Source of the DNA: Escherichia coli
GTDB taxonomy: Bacteria; Pseudomonadota; Gammaproteobacteria; Enterobacterales; Enterobacteriaceae
DNA: 64,000 nucleotides
Assembly: GCF_013315695.1 (NCBI RefSeq)
Contig: NZ_CP054353.1
Direction: 5' to 3' (one strand)
The notes below the pieces were generated by a model that was not told the DNA's origin, did no database searches, and saw only the letters and a program-made list of their open reading frames with translations. Numbering within the stretch: position 1 is the stretch's first letter; each line of letters begins with the position of its first letter. Shown here piece by piece: positions 10,299-20,673 of this stretch. A program made the position numbers and the translations under genes.

Positions 10299-10615
10299 TA
10301 CCGCTTTATCCGCAAGACCAGGTCGCCAGTATTCGTTTCTGTGTTTATGCTAGTACAAAAGTTTTACATTTTATATGCGAATTGCTCATAAAGTGACGTA
10401 AAGGCGGATAATTTGCGCAACTGCGTATAACAATTTTTACCTTGTATAAAACTGATCAACGTAATTTGCCACCGGGAATTCTTCGTCAACAATTAACTCT
10501 GAGCGCGCGGCAACGCTATTCGACTGGTATCAGGCGGATGAAATCCCTATAATTGCCGCGTTTGGCGCTTCGTCGCCCCCTTCCTAACATCCAGGTTAAT
10601 CAGGTCGCTAAATAT

Positions 10616-11257
10616 ATGACTGATCAGTCTCATCAGTGCGTCATTATCGGTATCGCTGGCGCATCGGCTTCCGGCAAGAGTCTTATTGCCAGTACCCTTT
10701 ATCGTGAATTACGTGAGCAAGTCGGTGATGAACACATCGGCGTAATTCCCGAAGACTGCTATTACAAAGATCAAAGCCATCTGTCGATGGAAGAACGCGT
10801 TAAGACCAACTACGACCATCCCAGCGCGATGGATCACAGCCTGCTGCTTGAGCATTTACAAGCATTGAAACGCGGCTCGGCAATTGACCTGCCGGTTTAC
10901 AGCTATGTTGAACATACGCGTATGAAAGAAACGGTGACGGTTGAGCCGAAGAAAGTCATCATTCTCGAAGGCATTTTGCTGCTAACGGATGCGCGTTTGC
11001 GTGACGAACTTAACTTCTCAATTTTCGTTGATACCCCGCTGGATATCTGCCTGATGCGCCGCATCAAGCGTGACGTTAACGAGCGTGGGCGTTCAATGGA
11101 TTCAGTGATGGCGCAATATCAAAAAACCGTGCGCCCGATGTTTCTGCAATTCATTGAGCCTTCTAAACAATATGCGGACATTATCGTGCCGCGCGGCGGG
11201 AAAAACCGCATCGCCATCGATATATTGAAAGCGAAAATAAGTCAGTTCTTTGAATAA
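10616..11257 (+). CDS. udk: Uridine/cytidine kinase
   Basis: ORF track starts at 10553; trimmed to ATG 10616 ([22 protein letters not shown]..., P-loop), 213 aa. Confidence 0.95.
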
Positions 11258-11348
11258 GCTTGATAAATTGTGTACCGTTCAGTGATAACCTGGTATGCCC
11301 TTGACGTAATTGGCGTTAAGGGAGTGATGCGCGAAAGGAGAAAATGCC

Positions 11349-11930
11349 ATGCGTCTGTGTGACCGAGATATTGAAGCCTGGCTTGATGAAGGCCGTTTGT
11401 CGATCAACCCACGTCCGCCAGTGGAGCGTATTAACGGCGCGACGGTGGATGTGCGCCTGGGCAATAAATTTCGTACCTTCCGTGGTCACACGGCAGCGTT
11501 TATCGATCTGAGCGGTCCCAAAGATGAAGTGAGCGCCGCGCTTGACCGCGTGATGAGCGATGAGATCGTTCTCGATGAAAGCGAGGCGTTCTATCTTCAC
11601 CCAGGAGAGCTGGCGCTGGCGGTGACGCTGGAGTCGGTGACGCTGCCAGCCGATCTGGTGGGCTGGCTGGACGGGCGTTCTTCACTGGCGCGTCTGGGGC
11701 TGATGGTGCACGTCACCGCGCACCGCATCGATCCGGGCTGGTCTGGCTGCATTGTGCTGGAGTTCTACAACTCCGGTAAGCTGCCGCTGGCGCTGCGTCC
11801 GGGCATGTTAATTGGTGCGCTGAGCTTTGAGCCGCTTTCCGGCCCGGCGGCGCGACCTTACAACCGCCGTGAAGATGCGAAATATCGCAACCAGCAGGGC
11901 GCGGTAGCCAGCCGAATCGATAAAGACTAA
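11349..11930 (+). CDS. dcd: dCTP deaminase
   Basis: 193-aa [26 protein letters not shown]..., recognised as Dcd. Confidence 0.95.
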   Translation: MRLCDRDIEAWLDEGRLSINPRPPVERINGATVDVRLGNKFRTFRGHTAAFIDLSGPKDEVSAALDRVMSDEIVLDESEAFYLHPGELALAVTLESVTLPADLVGWLDGRSSLARLGLMVHVTAHRIDPGWSGCIVLEFYNSGKLPLALRPGMLIGALSFEPLSGPAARPYNRREDAKYRNQQGAVASRIDKD

Positions 11931-11951
11931 TTCAGGCCCATTGAGGATACC

Positions 11952-13805
11952 ATGAGACGATTTCTGACGACGCTGATGATACTCCTGGTCGTGCTGGTGG
12001 CCGGGTTATCTGCGTTAGTGTTGCTGGTGAATCCGAATGATTTCCGCGACTATATGGTCAAGCAAGTTGCTGCACGTAGCGGTTATCAATTGCAGCTCGA
12101 CGGGCCACTGCGTTGGCACGTCTGGCCGCAGCTTAGTATCCTCTCCGGGCGAATGTCTCTCACCGCCCAGGGCGCGAGCCAGCCACTGGTTCGCGCCGAC
12201 AACATGCGTCTGGACGTGGCGCTTTTACCACTACTGAGTCATCAACTGAGCGTTAAGCAGGTGATGCTAAAAGGGGCTGTGATCCAACTGACGCCGCAGA
12301 CGGAAGCGGTGCGCAGTGAAGACGCTCCGGTTGCACCGCGCGACAATACCTTGCCGGATCTGTCAGACGATCGCGGATGGTCGTTTGATATATCCAGTCT
12401 TAAGATGGCGGACAGCGTGCTGGTGTTCCAGCATGAAGATGACGAGCAGGTGACAATCCGCAATATCCGCCTGCAAATGGAACAAGATCCCCAACATCGT
12501 GGCTCATTTGAGTTCTCCGGGCGGGTTAATCGCGATCAGCGCGACCTCACGATATCCCTTAACGGTACGGTAGATGCTTCTGATTATCCGCATGATTTAA
12601 CGGCGGCTATTGAACAAATTAACTGGCAGTTGCAGGGTGCCGATTTACCAAAACAAGGTATTCAGGGGCAGGGGAGTTTCCAGGCCCAGTGGCAGGAGTC
12701 ACATAAACGCCTTTCATTTAACCAAATTAGTTTGACCGCCAATGACAGTACGCTGAGCGGGCAAGCACAGGTCACGTTGACAGAGAAACCGGAATGGCAG
12801 CTGAGACTGCAATTCCCGCAACTGAATCTTGACAACCTCATCCCGCTTAAAGAAACAGCGAACGGTGAAAACGGTGCCGCGCAGCAAGGGCAGAGCCAAT
12901 CCACGTTGCCGCGCCCGGTCATTTCTTCGCGTATTGATGAACCGGCCTATCAGGGATTGCATGGCTTTACGGCTGATATTTTGTTGCAGGCCAGTAACGT
13001 GCGCTGGCGCGGAATGAATTTTACAGACGTTGCCACGCAAATGACCAACAAGTCGGGTTTGCTGGAAATTACTCAACTGCAGGGCAAGCTTAACGGTGGA
13101 CAGGTTTCGCTGCCGGGCACGCTGGACGCGACATCAATAAATCCGCGGATAAACTTCCAGCCACGGCTGGAAAACGTTGAGATTGGTACCATTCTGAAGG
13201 CGTTTAACTATCCGATTTCGTTGACCGGAAAGATGTCACTGGCTGGTGATTTCTCCGGTGCTGACATAGATGCCGACGCATTCCGCCACAACTGGCAAGG
13301 ACAGGCACATGTCGAAATGACCGACACACGCATGGAAGGGATGAACTTCCAGCAGATGATTCAGCAAGCGGTAGAACGTAATGGTGGTGATGTGAAGGCC
13401 GCTGAAAACTTTGATAACGTGACGCGTCTTGACCGCTTTACCACCGATTTGACGTTGAAGGATGGCGTCGTGACGTTAAACGACATGCAAGGTCAATCGC
13501 CAGTGCTGGCGCTGACAGGGGAAGGCATGTTGAATCTGGCAGATCAAACCTGCGACACCCAGTTTGACATTCGTGTGATTGGTGGCTGGAACGGAGAAAG
13601 CAAACTGATTGATTTCCTCAAAGAAACGCCAGTACCGCTGCGGGTTTATGGCAACTGGCAGCAACTCAATTACAGCCTGCAAGTGGATCAGTTACTGCGC
13701 AAACATCTACAGGACGAAGCGAAACGTCGCCTGAATGACTGGGCCGAGCGGAATAAAGATTCCCGCAATGGCAAAGATGTGAAGAAGTTGCTGGAGAAGA
13801 TGTAA
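11952..13805 (+). CDS. asmA: Outer membrane assembly protein AsmA
   Basis: 617-aa ORF with N-terminal signal/anchor (MRRFLTTLMILLVVLVAGLSALVLL), recognised as AsmA. Confidence 0.93.
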   Translation: MRRFLTTLMILLVVLVAGLSALVLLVNPNDFRDYMVKQVAARSGYQLQLDGPLRWHVWPQLSILSGRMSLTAQGASQPLVRADNMRLDVALLPLLSHQLSVKQVMLKGAVIQLTPQTEAVRSEDAPVAPRDNTLPDLSDDRGWSFDISSLKMADSVLVFQHEDDEQVTIRNIRLQMEQDPQHRGSFEFSGRVNRDQRDLTISLNGTVDASDYPHDLTAAIEQINWQLQGADLPKQGIQGQGSFQAQWQESHKRLSFNQISLTANDSTLSGQAQVTLTEKPEWQLRLQFPQLNLDNLIPLKETANGENGAAQQGQSQSTLPRPVISSRIDEPAYQGLHGFTADILLQASNVRWRGMNFTDVATQMTNKSGLLEITQLQGKLNGGQVSLPGTLDATSINPRINFQPRLENVEIGTILKAFNYPISLTGKMSLAGDFSGADIDADAFRHNWQGQAHVEMTDTRMEGMNFQQMIQQAVERNGGDVKAAENFDNVTRLDRFTTDLTLKDGVVTLNDMQGQSPVLALTGEGMLNLADQTCDTQFDIRVIGGWNGESKLIDFLKETPVPLRVYGNWQQLNYSLQVDQLLRKHLQDEAKRRLNDWAERNKDSRNGKDVKKLLEKM

Positions 13806-13815
13806 GACAAGTTAT

Positions 13816-13853
13816 GCAGATGGCGGCGTCAATTTGTCGCCATCTGTATTTAT
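13816..13853 (+). terminator. Putative rho-independent terminator after asmA
   Basis: Hairpin GCAGATGGCG...CGCCATCTG followed by a T-rich run (TATTTAT). Confidence 0.5.
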
Positions 13854-13857
13854 AGCA

Positions 13858-14148
13858 CTAAGCAGCATGTGGATATTGAATTTCAATACGTTGAATATGC
13901 AATCCTGCATGAGCCATCATGGTGATCAATTTATCGATACTAAAGATCTGGATCTTACCTCTGGCAAGTTCAGATATGCGAGGTTGAGTGACCCCTAAAG
14001 CAGACGCTGCCTGAGCCTGGCTAAACCCTTGTTGTTCAATCCAGTTATTAATGATCGTTACAAGTTCGGCACGGATCCGCATATTTTCCGCTTGTTCAGG
14101 GGTGTCACTCACCGCATCCCACACACTATCAAAGGTTTCAATTTTCAT
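13858..14148 (-). CDS. XRE-family helix-turn-helix protein, putative antitoxin (HigA-like)
   Basis: ORF track 13858..14166; probable start is ATG 14148 (MKIETFDSVWDAV...) with AGGAGCGG RBS. HTH-like segment QAQAASALGVTQPRISELARGK. Overlaps the 3' end of the upstream toxin-like gene. Confidence 0.7.
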   Translation of the reverse strand: MKIETFDSVWDAVSDTPEQAENMRIRAELVTIINNWIEQQGFSQAQAASALGVTQPRISELARGKIQIFSIDKLITMMAHAGLHIQRIEIQYPHAA

Positions 14149-14475
14149 TTTTCCGCTCCTGAACAAGTTCTTTATAGCGTCGTTTGTCTAAATCAATATC
14201 CGATTGACTGGTAGTCTGTGTTTTCTTTTGAAAACAATGCAATACGTAAACCGCTTCTTCAAATTTTGCGATATACATGACGCGATAGATCCCATCAGCA
14301 TCGCGAGTACGAATCTCTCGCACACCAGGGCCGATAGTTGAAAAGGTTTCCAGTCGTATGGGTTTAACCCTTGTTGGATCCTGTCGAGTTGATAGCCAAT
14401 TTCCTGTCGAGACGATTCTGGAAATGCGCGTAAATCGTCAAGACTGGTATCAAGAAAAGCCAGCTTTTTTCTCAT
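14138..14475 (-). pseudogene. Gp49/HigB-like (RelE-fold) toxin gene, apparently frameshifted
   Basis: N-terminal part (MRKKLAFLDTSLDDLRAFPESSRQEIGYQLDRIQQGLNPYDWKPF) is in one frame; the rest (TIGPGVREIRTRDADGIYRVMYIAKFEEAVYVLHCFQKKTQ...) is in the -1 frame. The switch is at a T4/C2 homopolymer site near 14341-14346. Confidence 0.65.
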
Positions 14476-14549
14476 TACTCCATCCTTAGATTATACTAAA
14501 TTTTGTATAAATCAAATGCGCAGTTTGAACCTGCGCATTTGATGTTTTA

Positions 14550-16133
14550 TCACACTTCGTACTCCATCTCGCCATCCTTACGTAGCGGAATAATTTGCAC
14601 CTTCTGCACGCGATGGCTTTCCACCTGCAACGTTTTAAGCAAATAATCCCCCACCTGAACTTCTTCGCCAGGTTTTGGAATACGCTGCAAATATTCCATC
14701 AATAGCCCGGCAATGGTGTGATATTCACGTTTTTCATCCAGCGGCAGCGGCACATATTGCACCAGATCCTCCAGCGGCATATGACCATTCGCCGTCCAGG
14801 AACCGTCCGCATTTTTCTGAATATCATGGCGGGCGTCGATCTCTTCCACTTCGTTCGGTAAGTTACCGGCAATGGTTTCAGTGACGTCACTTAATGTCAC
14901 AATTCCTTCCACCGAGCCAAACTCATCCACTACAAAAGCAAAGTGCGTGCGGGCATTACGGAACTGCTCCAGGGCAGGTAACAACGGCAAGGTTTCCGGG
15001 AACACCAGCGGCTGGCGAATCAACACCCGCAGGTTGAGCGGTTCGCCGCGCAGAGACTGTTGTAGCAGGTCGATAACGTGAACAACACCGAGCAAATCTT
15101 CTGCGTCATCACCGTCGGTAACCACCAGCCGCGTATGCTGATTTCGCTCCAGCAACTGGCGGATTTCTTCTTCCGGTGCGTTGAGATCGATATGCTCAAT
15201 ATCGTGGCGCGACGTCATAATGCTGCTGACGGTGCGCTGGTTAAGATTAAGTACCCGCTCAATCATCCGCCGTTCCTGCGGATTAAAGATTTGCTGGTTA
15301 CCATGATCCACCAGCATAGACGCGGTTTCGGCGTCCAGTTCCGCATCTTCTTTTTGCCCGCTAAGCAGGCGCATTACCGCTTCGGTAGTCCGCTGGCGCA
15401 GCGTCTGGTTAGCGGAAAGAAAACGTCGCCGGTTAAAGATAGCCAACTGATTGAGCGCCTCGATCATCACCGAGAAACCAATAGCAGCGTACAGGTAGCC
15501 TTTCGGAATGACGAAGCCGAAACCTTCTGCCACCAGGCTAAAGCCAATCATCAACAGGAAGCTTAAGCAGAGAATAACGATCGTCGGGTGACTGTTAACA
15601 AATTGCGTTAATGGCTTGCTGGCCATCAACATCAGGCTGATAGCGATAACGACGGCGGCCATCATGACCAGTAAATGGTCGACCATCCCGACGGCGGTAA
15701 TCACCGAGTCGAGTGAGAAGATGGCGTCCAGTACCACAATTTGTGTCACCACCCCCCAGAACTTCGCACCTTTGCGTTGTGTGGGGTTATTGCTGTCTTT
15801 CCCCTCCAGCCGTTCGTTCAGCTCCATCGTGGCTTTGAACAGCAGGAAGAAACCACCAAACAGCATGATTAAATCGCGGGCGCTAAAGGTAAACGAGCGG
15901 AAGCTGAACAGCGGTTGAGTCAGGGTGACCAGCCAGGAGATTGACGCCAGCAGTAACAGGCGCATTAACATCGCCAGCAGCAGCCCGGTAACCCGTGCGC
16001 GGTCGCGCTGCTTCGGCGGTAGTTTTTCGGCGAGGATGGCAATAAAGACCAGGTTATCAATGCCGAGGACCAGTTCGATTACAATCAGCGTGATTAACCC
16101 GGCCCAGATAGACGGATCGGCAATCCATTCCAT
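14550..16133 (-). CDS. yegH: TerC-family/CBS-CorC domain inner membrane protein YegH
   Basis: ORF track 14550..16199; trimmed to [13 protein letters not shown]... start (527 aa). Confidence 0.9.
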   Translation of the reverse strand: MEWIADPSIWAGLITLIVIELVLGIDNLVFIAILAEKLPPKQRDRARVTGLLLAMLMRLLLLASISWLVTLTQPLFSFRSFTFSARDLIMLFGGFFLLFKATMELNERLEGKDSNNPTQRKGAKFWGVVTQIVVLDAIFSLDSVITAVGMVDHLLVMMAAVVIAISLMLMASKPLTQFVNSHPTIVILCLSFLLMIGFSLVAEGFGFVIPKGYLYAAIGFSVMIEALNQLAIFNRRRFLSANQTLRQRTTEAVMRLLSGQKEDAELDAETASMLVDHGNQQIFNPQERRMIERVLNLNQRTVSSIMTSRHDIEHIDLNAPEEEIRQLLERNQHTRLVVTDGDDAEDLLGVVHVIDLLQQSLRGEPLNLRVLIRQPLVFPETLPLLPALEQFRNARTHFAFVVDEFGSVEGIVTLSDVTETIAGNLPNEVEEIDARHDIQKNADGSWTANGHMPLEDLVQYVPLPLDEKREYHTIAGLLMEYLQRIPKPGEEVQVGDYLLKTLQVESHRVQKVQIIPLRKDGEMEYEV

Positions 16134-16574
16134 AGTAAGTACAAAACCTATTCGTTGTATGACAAATGTCACAATTCGATCATGGATAAATCGGGGCAAA
16201 AATGCAATGTTGCAGCACTATTTATCTCATATTATTTGAGGGTAATAACCTCACATTATCCCTGAATTAAAAGTGGTAATAATAAAACATTATTTAAGAA
16301 ATATCGCATGTGGAGACACTATATTAAATATTGTCAACCTAAAGAAACTCCTAAAAACCATATTGAATGACACTTAATATAATTCTTAAAAATAGCCAAT
16401 TGCCGAATTGTTACCTTGCCTGCTATTCCGTTAGCTGTAACACTTCCTCCTGCATTATTGGAGAGCCAATATTCAATTACCATAATGTCACCTTATATTC
16501 GGAAGTTAATTTCCGCAATAACCCTTTCTCATCAACGACTGTATGTTGAGAGAGTTTTAAAAATTAAGCTAAAT

Positions 16575-16613
16575 CAGTGTATTGGTAGCTAAAAAGCCAG
16601 GGGCGGTAGCGTG
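16575..16613 (+). promoter_or_regulatory. JUMPstart element with ops site (GGCGGTAGCGTG) in the colanic acid operon leader; RfaH-dependent antitermination signal
   Basis: CAGTGTATTGGTAGCTAAAAAGCCAGGGGCGGTAGCGTG about 180 bp upstream of wza; nearly identical to a second copy upstream of rmlB. Confidence 0.75.
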
Positions 16614-16791
16614 TCTGGATGCCTGAAAGACCAGTCTGAATTATTCTGTCAATAGCCTGCGGATGAAATCAATTTTTTTAGGACTGATGCCAGTTAAATT
16701 TTTATTCAATTAACTGCAAGGTAAATGTGCATGGCGACATTGCTATTAATAGTGCACAGGATAATTACTCTGCCAAAGTGATAAATAAACA

Positions 16792-17931
16792 ATGATGAAA
16801 TCCAAAATGAAATTGATGCCATTATTGGTGTCAGTAACCTTGATAAGCGGTTGCACAGTACTTCCGGGCAGCAATATGTCGACGATGGGGAAAGACGTCA
16901 TCAAACAGCAGGACGCTGATTTCGATCTCGACAAAATGGTGAATGTTTATCCGCTGACCCCGCGCCTGATTGATCAATTACGCCCACGCCCCAACGTAGC
17001 GCGCCCCAATATGACGCTGGAAAGTGAGATCGCGAATTATCAGTATCGCGTCGGGCCGGGGGACGTTCTTAATGTCACCGTCTGGGATCACCCGGAACTC
17101 ACCACGCCAGCTGGTCAGTACCGCAGCTCCAGCGACACCGGCAACTGGGTACAGCCTGACGGCACCATGTTCTACCCGTATATCGGCAAGGTTCACGTCG
17201 TGGGGAAAACGCTCGCTGAAATCCGCAGTGATATTACCGGGCGCTTAGCGACGTACATCGCTGACCCGCAGGTGGACGTTAATATCGCCGCCTTCCGCTC
17301 ACAAAAGGCCTATATCTCCGGACAGGTGAATAAATCCGGCCAACAGGCGATCACCAACGTGCCACTGACCATTCTCGATGCCATCAACGCCGCGGGTGGC
17401 CTGACTGATACCGCTGACTGGCGCAACGTGGTGCTAACACACAATGGTCGTGAAGAGCGCATTTCTTTGCAGGCGCTGATGCAAAACGGCGACCTCAATC
17501 AGAACCGACTGCTTTACCCCGGCGATATTCTTTACGTGCCGCGTAATGATGATCTGAAAGTATTTGTGATGGGTGAAGTGAAGAAACAGAGCACCCTGAA
17601 AATGGACTTTAGCGGCATGACCCTGACTGAAGCCCTGGGCAATGCTGAAGGCATCGACATGACCACCTCCAACGCCAGCGGCATCTTTGTCATTCGTCCG
17701 CTGAAAGGCGAGGGCGGGCGTAATGGCAAGATTGCCAATATCTACCAGCTGGATATGTCCGATGCCACGTCGCTGGTGATGGCGACAGAATTCCGCCTGC
17801 AACCTTATGACGTGGTGTATGTCACCACCGCCCCGGTTTCCCGCTGGAACCGTCTGATCAATCAGTTGCTGCCAACTATTAGCGGTGTCCGTTACATGAC
17901 GGATACAGCCAGCGACATTCATAACTGGTAA
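16792..17931 (+). CDS. wza: Colanic acid outer membrane polysaccharide export lipoprotein Wza
   Basis: 379-aa ORF, lipoprotein signal (LISGCTV), recognised as Wza. Confidence 0.95.
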   Translation: MMKSKMKLMPLLVSVTLISGCTVLPGSNMSTMGKDVIKQQDADFDLDKMVNVYPLTPRLIDQLRPRPNVARPNMTLESEIANYQYRVGPGDVLNVTVWDHPELTTPAGQYRSSSDTGNWVQPDGTMFYPYIGKVHVVGKTLAEIRSDITGRLATYIADPQVDVNIAAFRSQKAYISGQVNKSGQQAITNVPLTILDAINAAGGLTDTADWRNVVLTHNGREERISLQALMQNGDLNQNRLLYPGDILYVPRNDDLKVFVMGEVKKQSTLKMDFSGMTLTEALGNAEGIDMTTSNASGIFVIRPLKGEGGRNGKIANIYQLDMSDATSLVMATEFRLQPYDVVYVTTAPVSRWNRLINQLLPTISGVRYMTDTASDIHNW

Positions 17932-17936
17932 TCGTC

Positions 17937-18380
17937 ATGTTTAACAACATCTTAGTTGTCTGTGTCGGCAATATTTGCCGCTCCCCGACGGCGGAACGCT
18001 TACTGCAACGTTATCACCCGGAGCTGAAAGTGGAGTCCGCTGGACTCGGCGCGCTGGTCGGTAAGGGCGCTGACCCTACTGCTATCAGCGTCGCCGCAGA
18101 ACATCAACTGTCTCTGGAAGGTCACTGTGCACGGCAAATCAGCCGCCGTCTGTGTCGCAACTACGACCTGATTTTGACCATGGAAAAGCGCCATATCGAA
18201 CGCTTATGCGAGATGGCACCCGAGATGCGCGGCAAAGTGATGCTGTTTGGTCACTGGGATAACGAATGTGAAATCCCCGATCCGTATCGCAAAAGCCGGG
18301 AAACGTTTGCAGCGGTGTACACATTACTTGAACGGTCTGCCCGCCAGTGGGCGCAGGCATTGAACGCAGAGCAGGTATAA
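17937..18380 (+). CDS. wzb: Low molecular weight protein-tyrosine phosphatase Wzb
   Basis: 147-aa ORF with the CVGNICRSP active-site motif. Confidence 0.95.
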   Translation: MFNNILVVCVGNICRSPTAERLLQRYHPELKVESAGLGALVGKGADPTAISVAAEHQLSLEGHCARQISRRLCRNYDLILTMEKRHIERLCEMAPEMRGKVMLFGHWDNECEIPDPYRKSRETFAAVYTLLERSARQWAQALNAEQV

Positions 18381-18382
18381 GA

Positions 18383-20545
18383 ATGACAGAAAAAGTAAAA
18401 CAACATGCCGCTCCGGTAACGGGCAGTGATGAAATCGATATTGGTCGCCTGGTCGGCACCGTCATTGAAGCGCGCTGGTGGGTAATTGGCATCACCGCCG
18501 TATTTGCCCTCTGTGCCGTGGTTTACACCTTCTTCGCCACGCCGATTTATAGTGCCGACGCACTGGTACAAATCGAGCAAAACAGCGGCAATTCGTTAGT
18601 GCAGGACATTGGTTCGGCATTAGCCAACAAACCGCCAGCATCGGACGCCGAGATCCAGTTGATTCGTTCGCGTCTGGTGCTTGGTAAAACGGTGGACGAT
18701 CTCGACCTCGATATTGCAGTGAGCAAAAACACGTTCCCGATTTTCGGTGCGGGCTGGGATCGCCTGATGGGACGCCAGAACGAGACGGTAAAAGTGACCA
18801 CCTTTAACCGCCCGAAAGAGATGGCGGATCAGGTGTTTACGCTTAATGTGCTGGACGATAAAAACTACACTCTGAGCAGCGATGGCGGCTTTAGCGCCCG
18901 TGGGCAAGCGGGCCAGATGCTGAAAAAAGAAGGCGTCACGCTGATGGTTGAAGCCATTCACGCCCGCCCGGGCAGTGAGTTTACCGTCACCAAATACTCC
19001 ACGCTGGGGATGATCAATCAACTGCAAAACAGCCTGACGGTAACGGAGAACGGCAAAGACGCAGGCGTACTGAGCCTGACTTATACCGGTGAAGATCGCG
19101 AACAGATCCGCGACATTCTTAACAGCATCGCCCGTAACTATCAGGAACAAAATATTGAGCGCAAATCCGCGGAAGCGTCGAAAAGCCTCGCCTTCCTCGC
19201 GCAACAGTTACCGGAAGTACGTAGCCGCCTTGATGTTGCCGAAAATAAATTGAATGCCTTCCGTCAGGATAAAGATTCTGTTGATCTGCCGCTGGAAGCG
19301 AAAGCGGTGCTCGATTCGATGGTGAACATCGACGCACAATTGAACGAACTGACCTTTAAAGAAGCGGAAATCTCCAAGCTGTACACCAAAGTTCACCCGG
19401 CGTATCGCACGCTGCTGGAGAAACGGCAGGCGCTGGAAGACGAAAAAGCCAAACTTAATGGTCGCGTAACGGCGATGCCGAAAACCCAGCAGGAGATTGT
19501 CCGTCTGACCCGCGATGTCGAGTCTGGTCAGCAGGTCTATATGCAGCTGCTGAATAAAGAGCAGGAGCTGAAAATCACCGAAGCCAGCACCGTCGGCGAT
19601 GTGCGCATTGTTGACCCGGCAATCACCCAGCCAGGTGTACTGAAACCGAAGAAAGGGCTGATTATCCTCGGCGCGATTATCCTTGGCCTGATGCTCTCTA
19701 TCGTGGGTGTACTGCTGCGCTCGTTGTTTAATCGTGGCATCGAAAGCCCGCAGGTGCTGGAAGAACACGGTATCAGCGTCTATGCCAGCATCCCGTTGTC
19801 GGAATGGCAGAAAGCGCGCGATAGCGTCAAAACCATCAAAGGAGTTAAACGCTATAAACAGAGCCAGCTACTGGCGGTAGGGAATCCAACCGATCTGGCG
19901 ATTGAAGCCATCCGCAGTCTGCGTACCAGTCTGCACTTCGCGATGATGCAGGCGCAGAACAATGTGTTGATGATGACCGGGGTTAGCCCGTCAATCGGTA
20001 AAACCTTTGTCTGCGCTAACCTGGCGGCGGTGATCAGTCAGACCAATAAACGGGTGTTGTTGATCGACTGCGATATGCGCAAAGGCTACACCCACGAGTT
20101 GTTGGGCACCAATAACGTCAATGGCCTGTCGGAAATTTTGATTGGTCAGGGCGATATTACTACCGCTGCTAAACCGACCTCTATTGCCAAATTTGATCTG
20201 ATCCCGCGCGGTCAGGTGCCGCCAAATCCTTCTGAACTGTTGATGAGCGAACGCTTTGCCGAACTGGTGAACTGGGCGAGTAAAAACTACGACCTGGTGT
20301 TGATTGATACGCCGCCGATTCTGGCAGTGACCGATGCGGCAATTGTTGGTCGTCATGTCGGAACCACGTTAATGGTGGCGCGTTATGCGGTCAACACATT
20401 GAAAGAAGTGGAAACCAGTCTGAGCCGCTTTGAGCAAAACGGTATTCCGGTGAAAGGGGTGATTCTGAACTCCATCTTCCGCCGCGCCAGCGCGTATCAG
20501 GATTATGGCTATTACGAATACGAATATAAGTCGGATGCGAAATAA
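18383..20545 (+). CDS. wzc: Tyrosine autokinase / polysaccharide co-polymerase Wzc
   Basis: ORF track starts at 18347; trimmed to ATG 18383 (MTEKVKQH...), 720 aa, C-terminal Tyr-rich tail (YQDYGYYEYEYKSD). Confidence 0.95.
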   Translation: MTEKVKQHAAPVTGSDEIDIGRLVGTVIEARWWVIGITAVFALCAVVYTFFATPIYSADALVQIEQNSGNSLVQDIGSALANKPPASDAEIQLIRSRLVLGKTVDDLDLDIAVSKNTFPIFGAGWDRLMGRQNETVKVTTFNRPKEMADQVFTLNVLDDKNYTLSSDGGFSARGQAGQMLKKEGVTLMVEAIHARPGSEFTVTKYSTLGMINQLQNSLTVTENGKDAGVLSLTYTGEDREQIRDILNSIARNYQEQNIERKSAEASKSLAFLAQQLPEVRSRLDVAENKLNAFRQDKDSVDLPLEAKAVLDSMVNIDAQLNELTFKEAEISKLYTKVHPAYRTLLEKRQALEDEKAKLNGRVTAMPKTQQEIVRLTRDVESGQQVYMQLLNKEQELKITEASTVGDVRIVDPAITQPGVLKPKKGLIILGAIILGLMLSIVGVLLRSLFNRGIESPQVLEEHGISVYASIPLSEWQKARDSVKTIKGVKRYKQSQLLAVGNPTDLAIEAIRSLRTSLHFAMMQAQNNVLMMTGVSPSIGKTFVCANLAAVISQTNKRVLLIDCDMRKGYTHELLGTNNVNGLSEILIGQGDITTAAKPTSIAKFDLIPRGQVPPNPSELLMSERFAELVNWASKNYDLVLIDTPPILAVTDAAIVGRHVGTTLMVARYAVNTLKEVETSLSRFEQNGIPVKGVILNSIFRRASAYQDYGYYEYEYKSDAK

Positions 20546-20563
20546 CGAGATCCGTTGTCGGAT

Positions 20564-20612
20564 GCGATGCTGACGCATCTTATCCGACCTACGTTCACGC
20601 CGCATCCGGCAA
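20564..20612. repeat. REP-like palindromic element downstream of wzc
   Basis: GTCGGATGCGATGCTGACGCATCTTATCCGAC...GCCGCATCCGGCAA, REP-type sequence. Confidence 0.5.
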
Positions 20613-20673
20613 CAGAACCCGTAAACAAGCTTATAAACCGGCAGAACATCTCGACACTCCGGGAGAACAACCT

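Noticed and set aside
16367-16549. 60-aa plus-strand ORF in the wza leader
   Set aside because: AT-rich regulatory region, no RBS, low-complexity product; more likely a chance ORF in the cps promoter/leader.
18347-18382. N-terminally extended starts in the ORF track (wzc 18347, also udk 10553, cpsG 31115, wzzB 54052, yegH 16199, hisG 62236, hisD 61301, galF 39689, yefM 62649, wcaD 23121)
   Set aside because: The extensions overlap upstream genes or lack an RBS; internal ATG/GTG codons reproduce the conserved N-termini and expected protein lengths.
17434-19768. 162-aa, 194-aa and 186-aa minus-strand ORFs
   Set aside because: Antisense to wza and wzc; shadow ORFs.
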